Shown here one piece after another: positions 12,531 through 23,766 of a stretch of 45,448 bases of DNA. The notes beneath the pieces were generated by a model that worked only from the letters and a program-made list of their open reading frames with translations, made no database searches and was not told where the DNA came from. The stretch spans positions 1-45,448 of the forward strand of contig JAVECL010000136.1 of NCBI GenBank assembly GCA_051942245.1. The letters run 5' to 3'. The translations under genes and the position numbers were made by a program. The stretch is from Trypethelium eluteriae (Eukaryota). Within the stretch, counting starts at the first letter, position 1, and each line of letters opens with the position of its first letter.

Positions 12531-13161
12531 ACATGGCGCCGGGCATTCGTAGAAAGACGGCGCGCAATAGTACGGAGGTAATGTTACAAGGGTCAGGATA
12601 GAAAGCGAGGATCTCATCGCATTTCTTGGAGTATTGGATATGTATGATAGCCAGGGCATATGGGTTGGGATAGAGCGCACATGTCGTGCTCAGCTTGCGC
12701 ACTGTGACTGTGCGTGTGTAGGCCACCCCTCTTTTTGCATCCTAGGCGCTTGTGCAGATAGCTATGTGAGCTCGTACATATTGTAACGATGCATAGCTGC
12801 CGTCGAAAACTTGTGTGCGCGACGACCAAGCAACTCTGCACCACAAGTACCGAAGACCTCGTAATAGATTCCAACAACCGGCTAACAGCACCTTTGCTGG
12901 AAAGAGCGTAGCCCAATCGTATCTAGCAGAGCATACCTGACCTACTAGAATGTCAACATTAAGCTGTACATTTGCCAAGTTCTCTAAACGGATCTCATGA
13001 TTCATGGGCTAGGTCAAATACAAGATTCGTGTCCTGCCATTTGCTATGTGGCCGGGCAGAATCTTGGACTGGCGCATCGTTCAGTCAAAGCGGGGAGAGC
13101 TTCGTACCTCTTGCGAATGAGGCCCCTATCTTCCTTGGTACGACTCTGCTACAACGATGCC

Positions 13162-13729
13162 TCATTCCCCATTCCCGATTCCGTACTCCTTCATTAGCTC
13201 TTGCATCCTCACACCACGCCTCTCAGCCACCAGACCAGCAAGACCCTGTGCCAGGTCCTTCATCTCGTTGAATTCATGCAGGCCCCGCACGTAGGTGTCT
13301 ATAACAGCTTTACATCGCTCGATCTTCTCGGTGTCTGGCATCGAATTTGGCGTGCCGAGATCGCTAGATAGTGCCGTATCTTCAGAGGAGGATGAGATAA
13401 GTTCGGATGGCAAGTTTGAGAGGGCTTCATCGCGTTGATGCAGGGCGGTTTCGAGGGCCTGAAGGGTGGAATCGAGGTCTTTCTGTAAGTGTATGAGTAT
13501 GACGATGGACAAGAGAGATTGCGAGCGAGTGAGGATGACCTACATTAAGTCTATCCAACTGTGCGCTTTCTTCAAGAGTTAGGTCAGAGGAGGGGATTGG
13601 GGGTTCAGAATATGTCATGTCGTAGCTTGCAGATAGTAAATTCTCAGAAGAGGTAGGAAACGGATCAGAGTATGCCTCATTATGAGCTGGATCCGTCCTC
13701 TTACGCTTGCCATTCGATTTTATCGCCAT
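13162..13729 (-). CDS. SWI5: Swi5/Sae3-family recombination mediator
   Basis: Exons 13729-13544 and 13482-13162 (GTAGGT...CTCAT...CAG intron joins ORFs 13427..13801 and 13162..13512 in frame). C-terminus VRGLHEFNEMKDLAQGLAGLVAERRGV matches the Swi5 motif (LHxYNExKDxGQxLxGxIA). Confidence 0.78.
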
Positions 13730-14015
13730 TACTGCGACCACTATGCGGCGCTCACCTTGAAACGAAGGTGTGGAGGGGTTGAGTAGTGTGGGGCACCTCA
13801 AGAAGTAAAATATATGGCATTTGGGATGCCAACATTTCGCCGGCGCTTTGCGAAGGAGGATGAGGATTACCTCCGGCCGGGATTGCGGTCCGAGTTCGGT
13901 CTCCTACGGTCGAATACCGGTCAGTGAGCATGAGATGAGAGCCTCATTTTCTTTGTATGTTTCAAAAAGGTCATTTCTTTCAAGGCTATAGACCTACTCC
14001 GAGGTCCGTCGGAAT

Positions 14016-15662
14016 ATGTTAACTCAAATACAACCAGCCGGGCCCTCCTTGGCTGTGGTAGCAACTGGCATATTACTATTCATAGGAGGAGTAAATGGCC
14101 ACGAGCATCATGAAGACAATATACCAGAAGGCGAGGGCGTCTCCGCGGATCCGATAGTGAGTTTACAGAAGCCTCCATTGCGATAGTTTGAGCTCTAATG
14201 ACCGGCAGGACTCCATATTATGGACCCATATCCTTATGCAGATATTCGCTTGGGGAGTATTGTTTCCTACAGGAATGGTCCTTGGGGTATGTCGAAAAGC
14301 AGACGCATTTGCTTCTCGACTATTAACTCGTTTCAGATCATCCGCTCGAGATGGCACGTCCCCGTCCAAGGCTTTACTACCGTCCTCGCGCTGGTTGCTT
14401 GGTTCCTCGGACATGCTCACAAGGGTCGCCAATTTGCATCGAACGTTCACTCTTCATTTGCCCCTCTCCTCATGCTCCTCCTCCTCGTCCAAGTCGTCCT
14501 TGGTGTCTACCTCAAGATGCATCTTGAGAAGGGCATTCATGGCAAAATCCGCCGCTACGTCATTCCAGCACACGGTGTTATCGGAAAGGTAATGCCAGTC
14601 GTGGCATGGGTGCAGATGCTCTTTGGAGGTATTACCGCTCTGGGGTTCTGCAGGGGAGACCATCTCGGTCAATGTCTCGCACATTTCATCATGGGTTCCG
14701 CGTTCATCGCCTATGGTATCGTCCTCACTATCCTTCTACTCGTCGGCCAGGTCTGGCTCGCCGCAACTGGCCGTTCGCAAGAATTCTACGATAGCGTCGT
14801 CATTGCGGCTTGGGGATGCGTAAATACGTTTACTGAACATCGATGGGGTGGACCTTGGGTACACAATGATTTGCAACACACGAGCATGGGCATTATTTGG
14901 TGGTGTGCCGGATTGGTTGGGATATGGCTGAGCAGAAATAGAATGGGTCGGCCAAAAAGGAACGTCATACCAGCAATCGTCATCCTTTTGACTGGATATG
15001 CTATGAGCGCTCATCCGCAGTCATTACCACTGAGCACCATGGTACATACCATATTTGGCTATACCTTGATGGGTGCGGGAGTGACGCGACTGATCGAAAT
15101 CTCCTTCGTCCTACGAGATAAAAATACATTGGTAGAGGATGGGTCAGATGCCAACAGCTTCCAATATTTGCCTCCATTTGTACGGCTCCGTCTCTCTTTC
15201 ATTCTGATTATCTAGCTAATTCCTCACAGCTTCTTTACGCGTCTGGCTTTCTCTTCATGGGCGCAACAGAAGAGCAAATGCAACTCTTATCTGATGGTGG
15301 CGTCACGCATGTCTCTTATATTCTCATCCTCTACAGCTTCGCATTCCTCCTTTTTCTCTGTAAGTCTTCATTACAACTATCTCTTTTGGTAAGTGCTAAT
15401 CGTACTAGTTGTCAACATGCTCCTCCATCTGTATGCGACAAATGTCGAGCAGCCCTCGATCAAACTTGATCCCGAAGCTCTCCATGCAAACGGTGGAATG
15501 AATGGCAGACCTAATGGGCATGTTCGGAGTAATACGGACCGCCGAATCCGGGATGCACAGGAGTTTGAGCTCGAAGGACTGATTAGTGACGATGAGAGCG
15601 CAGATGCGCGTAAGAGTCCACAAACACCACGAGTTCCGGACACTGCACGGCAGACTTCATGA
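14016..15662 (+). CDS. YTP1: Ytp1-like polytopic membrane protein
   Basis: Exons 14016-14156, 14209-14286, 14337-15179, 15230-15359, 15409-15662. Signal-peptide-like start followed by HEHH; motifs SRWHVPVQ, GQCLAHFIMGSAFIAYG, NTFTEHRWG, DLQHTSMG. Confidence 0.85.
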
Positions 15663-15849
15663 TGTCACATTTATGTAGATGCTTTATTATTATCGCCTGG
15701 CGTTTGGTGGGGGATTAGGAACGGCGTTTTTCTCCAGCAGGTTTATGGAGTAGTTGGATAACATTTACATTTTAGAGAGACGAGTGTCAGATCATTGATC
15801 TGGAACATCTCAATGTATTGCTTAGCTTTGAAAGCTTCAAGTTCTATGC

Positions 15850-15878
15850 GCACTGGCATGGTCTGCACTGGCACGGTC
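15850..15878 (+). repeat. 15-bp tandem duplication
   Basis: GCACTGGCATGGTCT followed by GCACTGGCACGGTC. Confidence 0.7.
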
Positions 15879-15970
15879 AAATAAAGAGATCCACAAAATC
15901 AACCTGAGTAGATTATCCTAGCCAAGCCTACCCTGCTATTTATACAGGGGCTGCTCTCCCGAAACTCCGA

Positions 15971-15997
15971 TCAACTCTCAACTCTCAACTCTCAACT
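15971..15997 (+). repeat. Heptamer tandem repeat (TCAACTC)x~4 upstream of RIT1
   Basis: TCAACTC TCAACTC TCAACTC TCAACT read directly. Confidence 0.8.
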
Positions 15998-16170
15998 GCT
16001 ACGAAACCACTGACTGAACTCATGACTAAAGAACAAATATGAAAAATACCCCTCTTGCATCTTACTGAGATTAGAAATATTCTTGATTGTCTCCCCACAC
16101 GCTCTTCTCTACCTCAGAATTGCCCTTCTCTTTAATATCATACCATTCATACCTATATGTCTTAACGGCC

Positions 16171-17848
16171 ATGCCGCTGCACCACACTGACCTGATCTTT
16201 CCCTCCCAGTCTGTTCCCATTCACCAGTCGGTTTCTTCTCTAAGCCGCTCCCGCTTTTCCATCACCAATCATCTTCACTCCATCGACCGTGACTCGCGAT
16301 TTGTCTGCCGGGTCGCCGACGTGTTGGACCTGCCCTTAATTGCAAATGAAAGGTGTGGAAGCTGGTACGTTCCAACCCAGAGAAAGAAGGGAAGTGTGTA
16401 CTTTAAAAGTACGGACGGTCATTGGGGGCAATGGAAATTTAGTCTCAGGAGGCTCAACTTGGGGATTCTGGATATTGTAGGCGAGGCAGACGGGTAAGTT
16501 CACATATGGTATTGTCCTTCTGGATAGAGTCTCAATTCAGGCCACTGAATATCGAAATGTCACTATAAACTTCTTTTCTTCTTTCCCTTTCAGATGAAAA
16601 GTCGATTCCAGAGCAGGAAAAGTTGCTGATAAGACTGGGAAGATGCATCATTGTCGACTCAACGAAACGGGGAAAGAGCATGTGAATAGTGGAGCATACT
16701 CTGCGAGAGGTCTAATCTAACAATTAATTAGGCATGCCAGACGCCTTGTCCAAGACCGTACCAATATGGTGTACAGTGATGAACAGGATGTTTTTTCCTG
16801 AGGACCACAAGTCACATCAACTTCGGACGCCTTCCCAGGTCATTTCGAGATCTGAGCATTCACAAATCGAGGCCAAAATTCGGCAGTTTGTCAGCTCGTT
16901 CATCGTTAGTCAGACGTGAGAAATGACAGAAGAGGGGCTAACACATGTGTAGGAGCTTAACGTAGACCTTCATGCGGTCCGTTCAAAGATCTCGAAGCCC
17001 TTGCTTCCGGTATGGATCACTCAAGACGACAAAAGTCTTTCAACTTTGCAAAGAGATTCTCAGTACCATACCGTCGTGCTCTGTACATCTTCCTGCTCCG
17101 TCATTGGGGGCGAGGATACTGACCAAGGCTATATCCAGGGTGCTGGAGATGACAGTGAGAATTGGGCTCATAGTTTGACACCTGCTCTGTTATGGGAACA
17201 CAAGGATGTTCTATTATCGGCATCTGAAGATGATTTACCATCTATTATAGCGAAACTGACGAGCCAAGATCAACATTCTGCTTCAGATCGGCAGATGCGA
17301 CCTGTTGCCCCTACTAGTCAGATATTCATCTCTGAGATTGCTAGTACTTCGAAACCTCTTCTTCAGGGAAATACCCAGGCAATAATCACTTGTGGACCCT
17401 CTCCGCAAGATGACCTGGAAGAACGGCTCAAATCCCGTTACCTTCACATCAAATGCGGCTTGGGAAAGCAAGGTAGTCGTGACTTGCGTTCTGAGCTCTC
17501 AAAGGTCCGGGATTTTCTTCCACAGATTGCTGCAGAAAATGTCCATGATCTTATTGTATGTTGTGAGACTGGCAAAGATTTTGCAGCAGGGGTGGCCCTC
17601 GCTGTCTTGTGCCTTTGCGCTCATGATGACGGTAAGTCACTACCACTAGCACAATAGCCGTAATGATAATCGCTCATGTCCTTACAGGTCGAGTAGACTT
17701 CAAAGATCTGGGGACTCAAGTCAACAAGACAGTTGTCCGTCAGCGACTGAGCTGGATTGTCATTTCCTACCCTGATATCAACCCTCCAAGGGCCACTGTC
17801 CAAGCTGTGAAAGCATTCTTGATGAACGGTAAATACGAGTCTAGTTAA
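16171..17848 (+). CDS. RIT1: Initiator tRNA A64 2'-O-ribosylphosphate transferase
   Basis: Exons 16171-16493, 16643-16677, 16732-16904, 16953-17631, 17688-17848. Motifs ANERCGSWY, YFKSTDGHWGQWKFSLRRLN, GCIIVDSTKRGKSMPDALSKTVPIW, YIQGAGDDSENWA, CETGKDF, NPPRATVQAVKAFL. Confidence 0.9.
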
Positions 17849-18624
17849 GAGGAGATACAAAGTTATCGCAGCCTCTCTGAGCCTAGAGCGAACGCTTCCG
17901 GATCTAAACCACCGCTGCAGTCCTTTTATCACCTAGTGTATGCCGAGTATGCGACGAATCCAGAACAGCAGGCCACCTATGAGCAGCAACATCTTCGTGA
18001 CACTTCAATACGCGAATTGCTCAGCAGATGCGGAGTCAGAAGGTTCAGCTAGTCCTGTTTCCATACACTTGTCTATTCCAGTCAAAAAATTGCGTGCCTC
18101 CTTTTTACAAGGCATTGGTACTTGTGCTTAGTGCTAAACTACGTCTGCGATTATCTCGGCGTCTTACCTCTTGCAATACTACTTCAATGATCACAAGGGG
18201 CCACATGAGCCTCAAGCAGTCATGAGAAAGATAGTATGGGCAACAGGGGAGGACACTCTACCCTACGATACTCTTGGGGTTCTTCCAAATCTAAAAAATA
18301 CCTTCGGGCCCCCAAATCACTTACAAATCTATTATATGGTTAGACTCGAAGAACCAAGTTAAGCTTCAAATAAGAACTTCTCCTGTGGGATAGACTGGTA
18401 ACGCTGCATCAACGGGTTGGGCTTGCAGATAAATCGCATACATCAAGTAACCAGAGGGTCACTGAAGCTTCATGGAGGATCTAAATCGAATTATTGAAGG
18501 TTCATAGATGAGTAACTCGCATAATTTTTCTGCATGCTTTGAGTGAATGGGGACCCGGTCGTCAACTACGATTACCTCTCGGGTGGTTGACCATCCCACA
18601 CAAACCTTATATGAACACACCACA

Positions 18625-19705
18625 ATGGGCAAGAATAAAAAGCGTAAGCTCCAGACAACTCATTCATTACGTATTCAGAATGGACACAGAGTCCACAAGA
18701 AGCAGAGTACTCCGAGAAAACGGGATAGTGAAGCAGGGCAAGCCATGAAACCCACAATCCCGTTTGAAGCTGATGACCGCGTACTTCTGATGGGAGAAGG
18801 TAGAAACGTCTCTCTTCATTGCTTTCGGGTCTCAGTAATTATAATTCATCTCAAACTGATCCGAACGTAGGAGATTTCTCATTTGCTCGGTCAATGATAG
18901 AGCATCACGGCTGCGCGAATGTCCTAGCCACATGTTTGGACAGTGAAGTCGAGTTGATGAAGAAGTAAGTCGTCGGGTCAATTTCACTCGTATCCTTTTC
19001 ATCTTCTGCAAGCTTTATGAAAGGAATTCACGGCTCCGAAGAGTCCTCCGCCTAATGGTCCTTCCCAGATATCCGCAAGCCCAAGCCAACATCTCTTATA
19101 TCCTTTCTGAAGAGCAGCACGTCCTCTACAACATAGACGCTAAACGACTAAACCACAAGGAAATCCTCAAAGGTCCCAAATGGGATCGCATCATCTTCAA
19201 CTTCCCTCATGTAGGTGGGAAAAGCACTGATGTGAACCGCCAAGTCCGCTATAATCAAGGTACGCTACTGGTCTTGTCCGCAGTTTCCTCTCTACTTCCC
19301 TTTCCCAGTAACCTGACTGCTCCCTCGTCGTACCCAGAACTCGTTGTATCCTTCTTCCGTGCCGCTTCACCCCTTCTCTCTGAGGAGGGAACCCTCATAG
19401 TTACCCTCTTCGAATCTGAACCCTATACCTTGTGGAATATTCGCGACTTGGCGCGGCATACTGGGCTTAGTGTCATGCGAAGTTTCCAGTTCCAGAGCAG
19501 TGCATATCCTGGATATACGCATGCCCGCACGCTGGGTACTTTACAAGGAGGAGGTAAGTGGCAGGGGGAGGACCGGAATGCGAGAACCTTTGTATTCGAG
19601 AAGCGGGCAGATGGGGATAGCAGGAAGAGTTCCACGACTATGAACGGAACAGCAAAGAAGGGAAAGAGCAGGCAACTGGAGGAAAGCGACTCAGAAGAGG
19701 AGTGA
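18625..19705 (+). CDS. BMT5: 25S rRNA (uridine-N3)-methyltransferase (DUF2431)
   Basis: Exons 18625-18799, 18871-18964, 19069-19259, 19338-19705. Motifs LLMGEGDFSF, IIFNFPHVGG, RQVRYNQEL, PYTLWNIRDLA, YPGYTHARTLG. Confidence 0.88.
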
Positions 19706-19857
19706 TCATTGCCCATCCTATGCATGCAGGATACTTGCTTACTCCTGGGGAGCCTTATCTAATATTTGATACCCACAAAACCGGCGCTATGCCCATTTGA
19801 TTGTCGCCCCAGTCCTCGACTAATTTCCGAACTCCCATAAAATGATCACCCATTAGC

Positions 19858-21255
19858 CTAAGAAATGAATACCTTCTTCACCTCTTCCACCCCATACCAC
19901 TCCGTCGGATTTGTTGGATCCCGTACCTTTCCTTCCACCCAACCCAGCTTCTCATTGAAACCCCACAATCGCTCCCGCCCATATATCCGTCCATTCGGCA
20001 AGACAACGGGGTCGTTCTCGACGAAGCTCTTCGTGTGATGCGCGTACGGCACGCCGCGGGCGAGGTCATTCAGTTCGATGCTGCAGATGGGGCAGAGAGA
20101 GCTGGTCGAGGTTGAGTTCGGGTTTGAGGATGAGGATAGGTGGGACGAGTGGCAAGAAGGGGTTTTGAGAGCGGAAAGGCCCGCGCTGAGGGCGATTTGG
20201 AGGGGAGGGGTCGAAGGGAGGGAGAAGAGGGTGTGGTGGGTTCGGAGGAAGAGTGAGGCGAGGTAGGTGTAGCGATCTGAGGAGTATAACTCCTGCGGAC
20301 TTTGTTAGCTCGGAAGGAAGCTTGGCGGGAGAGGGCATTGGGTTTCAGGCTCACTTTGTATCGATCAGCTTCGGTGTTCGCTGGAAAATTGAGTAGTCCA
20401 GCAGCCTTGTAGTAAAACTCTGAGTCGGAATGCATTGTCAGGTATTTCCTCGCGTGGATTATCGCCTCGACCTTCTTTTGCGTCTCTGCCGTCCGTACGA
20501 GCTCGATATACTGCTGTAACCGTAACTCGATTTCAAGATTGCTCTTTTTTGCCCGATTAGCCTCTGACGCCCTTGCGAACTCTGCCATGACCCACATTGA
20601 TCTTCTTGAGCGATTTGCTGTTGTCTGCACACCAGTTCAAGCACTGCGTCAAATCACCTTGTCGTAGATTTCCCTCGATTTTGTGACATTGTACGAATGC
20701 GTCCACATCCACCAACTCCTCAATCTCTTTCTCCCTCGCCAGCTGCCGTGCACTTTCCAGGTATCCATTTCGGAGCAAATAGTCGACAAGCAGCCGATTC
20801 AGTCGTACTCGACTCCATTCGTCGTACTTGACGTCCGCGAGACTCGGGATCTCGTACAGATCCTGCAGATGCTGGATTCGTTTCCGTGACTGGGCGTTGA
20901 TTGTCTTCTCCTCTTCCTGCAGGACCTCGAGCTTCCTTTTCAGCGTATTCATGCGTGTGATCATGCCATCGAGGGATTCTAGGGGGTTGGAACCAGCGAG
21001 CGAGGCCGTAGCAGTGGCTTTGAGGGTATTGAGGATGGTCTTTTGTTCGTGCTCTACGAAACGCTGGGTAGTCTTGAAGTTCTTACGGCCGAGCTCATTT
21101 GGTACCTTGAGAAGGGGTTGGTCCTATTGAGAGATGAGTCAGGAGCTCTATTAGAGGACTGAAATGAGCAGAAATGTTCAATAGCCTCTTACCAGTAAGA
21201 GATGACTGTCAGCGTTGAGCTTAGTGGTAGTGAGCTCGTTCATGGCCATGGCCAT
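19858..21255 (-). CDS. FYV10: GID/CTLH E3 ligase RING subunit Fyv10/Gid9 (MAEA)
   Basis: Exons 21255-21193, 21123-20596, 20543-20355, 20292-19858. LisH (RLNRLLVDYLLRNGY), CTLH (LNWCADN..LKK, LRLQQYIELVR) and degenerate RING (CPICSIELNDLARGVPYAHH, PVVLPNGRIYG). Start is one of three tandem in-frame ATGs (21255/21249/21243). Confidence 0.9.
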
Positions 21256-21912
21256 GTAACTTGGTGAGCTAAATTCCAAATGACGTGGTTCTGTGCTGCA
21301 GAATCTCGCCTCTTTAAATAGATTGACTCAAGCTGGTGGGCGATCATACGCGTGAGTCGCGGAGATACTAATGGAGGGGGTTGGTGGGGATGACCGATGA
21401 CCTTACGTTTCTTGTTTGCTTTCATCCAACCTCCACCCTCCTATGCTTCTCCACTCTTATTTGCAGGATTGGAGGTTCCAAGCGATGAGAGCAAAGTTCG
21501 CTTGAAAGTGAAGAGAATGTCACACTCTGTAGAGACAGATTGAATCCTTACACGAAATGACGTTCTTCCGAAAGAGGAAGTCTGAGAGAGTAAACCTGGG
21601 CTTTACTAATTGAGCGATCTATTTACTTTACCAAGGCGGAGTTCGCTAGCTCGACTACCATTCACCGTTCAATTCTTCGGCCATTGAGCAAGCTACACAG
21701 AATGGACACACAGAGACTATTGCACCAGCACCTCTTCTGCAGTGTGAAGATATCTGAGCTCCCTCAATGAATTCTGTCTCCTAGGACCTGTCCGGCCACA
21801 TTCGATCTAATGCCCGTCCCCAAAACTCCTAGTATTGCTGGACCATAACCCTCAAATGATGTGGAACTGGAGATAGGAGTAGGACAGTCACGCCATAACT
21901 TAGCTCAAAACC

Positions 21913-23509
21913 TTACTTGGTCACAATGCTGACAACATCTCCCTCCGTTACGAGATGACTCAAACCTACCCTTTGAGGTGAGTGCTTAGCACTAGCACCC
22001 CAAACCATCGCATACTTGAAGGACTCCTTAATAGTACGATGGATGTTATCACAGACATCCTCGATTGTTGACCCGCCCCGTATAATTAGGGCTTCATTGA
22101 AGTCGGGCTCAACTCCTTTTCTAGGAAGAATTAGCTTTGCAGACGTTTTACATTGATTTATGAGAGCATACCTCTTTGTGTAGACTCTTATAAGACGCAA
22201 TTCTTCCCAGGCGCGGTCGACGACATCTTGAATACCGAGATCCAGCTCACAGCTCATGACGACCGTATTCGGTTCGCGAGCGAGCTTGTCGAGGAATTCG
22301 AGGCTGATGCTGTCGATTTTGTTGTAGGCGTAAAGACTACATCAGAATCTAAGCCAACGGATCGCATACCTGAACACCACAAACTTACCACTTGATATAT
22401 TTCCTATGGTCCTTCATGATTACATCAATGAACTCGTCGACCGTTGCTAAAGAAGGTGATTTAGCAGATAGAGCACAAAAAAAAAAAGAAACAAAGTAAT
22501 CATCTAAGAACTAACCATTTTCATCCCGGACAAGGACCTCACAATTGAGCATCTTGTAATCCCTCAGGATATTGTAGAGCATCTTTTCGTCCAGATTCTT
22601 TGGCGGGTTCTGGAACGTAATCTTCATACCTCCGGCCTTCTTTTGTTTTAGGTAGATGTTCCTGCCAATTGTTAGGTCACCTTCGCCGCATCTCGATTGA
22701 TACGTACGGTGGCTCTTTGTTGAGTCTGATGCCGACGGCCTCCAGTTCAGCCTCGAGAAGAGCGCGTTGTTCTGCCCGTTTGGTGGCGTCCAGTACCATC
22801 AGAATCAGATCACTTGTCTATGTAAGACTTAGCACTGATCTCTTCGTTACTATCAGGAATGCCAAACCTTTGCAGCTGAAATGACTTGCCGACCTCTCCC
22901 TTTCCCCTCTGCTGCACCTTCAATGATACCCGGCAAATCCAGCACTTGGATTTCCGCACCTTCATATTCGAGTACTCCAGGAATCGCAGTCAGAGTAGTG
23001 AATGAATATGCAGCCACCTCGCTCTTGGTCTTGGTGATCTTCGACAAGAAGGTCGACTTGCCTACAGATGGAAATCCGACCAGTGCTATCCGAGCATCGC
23101 CACTCTTACTGACATCGAAACCGGCTCCACCGCCTGATCCAGCACCTGCAGCAGGTTCCAGGAGTTGGGCCCGTAATCTAGCAAGTTTTCTAGAGAATGG
23201 TCAATTTTGCTTCGGCTGAAGAAATCGAAGCGACAGCACCCTTTTAATAGGCCCAGATGGTACTCTGAAGGCTCATCAGCCTCGAGAAATACGTGAAATG
23301 AATGCCATCAAGCATACCCGTTGCCTTGTTCTCTGCAGACTGTTAGCATGTGCTGCGACTGAAACACACCATCAGTTAGTCCATTACCCACTTTGAGTTC
23401 GTCTCATCTCCTCCTCAATCCTAGCTTAAGCATCAGTGTCTATCCAACGCAGATTCAAAGTAGTTATGCAAATCACGCACTCTTTTATTTTCTCTGTGAT
23501 GTTCACCAT
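21913..23509 (-). CDS. RBG2: DRG-family ribosome-binding GTPase 2
   Basis: Ten exons: 23509-23481, 23420-23392, 23332-23318, 23264-23240, 23189-22868, 22817-22708, 22661-22516, 22446-22389, 22336-22172, 22120-21913. Motifs [36 protein letters not shown] and a TGS domain. The [10 protein letters not shown] start and SCELDLG are DRG2-like. Confidence 0.9.
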
Positions 23510-23766
23510 TTTGACAGCCTTTCTGACCCGAAGAATGTAGTTAACGTGAGTATTGGCAACGACCTGACTCAAGGCCCGGAGATTTTCTGTTGACTTAAAG
23601 GCATGCAATACCCCGTCCTGTAAAGTTTTGAGATCTGCGGCGACCAAGAACTGAGAAAGCACGAGGATGGTGTATGAGTAGGTACAACATGCCGCGCACG
23701 GGAATCTAAGGTAAGTTTCGCGCCGAAAAACAAGAAATCCAATGCATCATCAACCGTCAGCTAGAT

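Noticed and set aside
8863..12680. Many alternative-frame and antisense ORFs over MDR1 (e.g. 10797..11501, 10876..11361), and likewise over ELP3, FYV10 and PIN4
   Set aside because: Shadow ORFs expected from GC-rich codon bias; they have no recognisable motifs.
17940..18362. Short ORFs between RIT1 and BMT5
   Set aside because: Under 70 aa, with no motifs and no consistent splice model.
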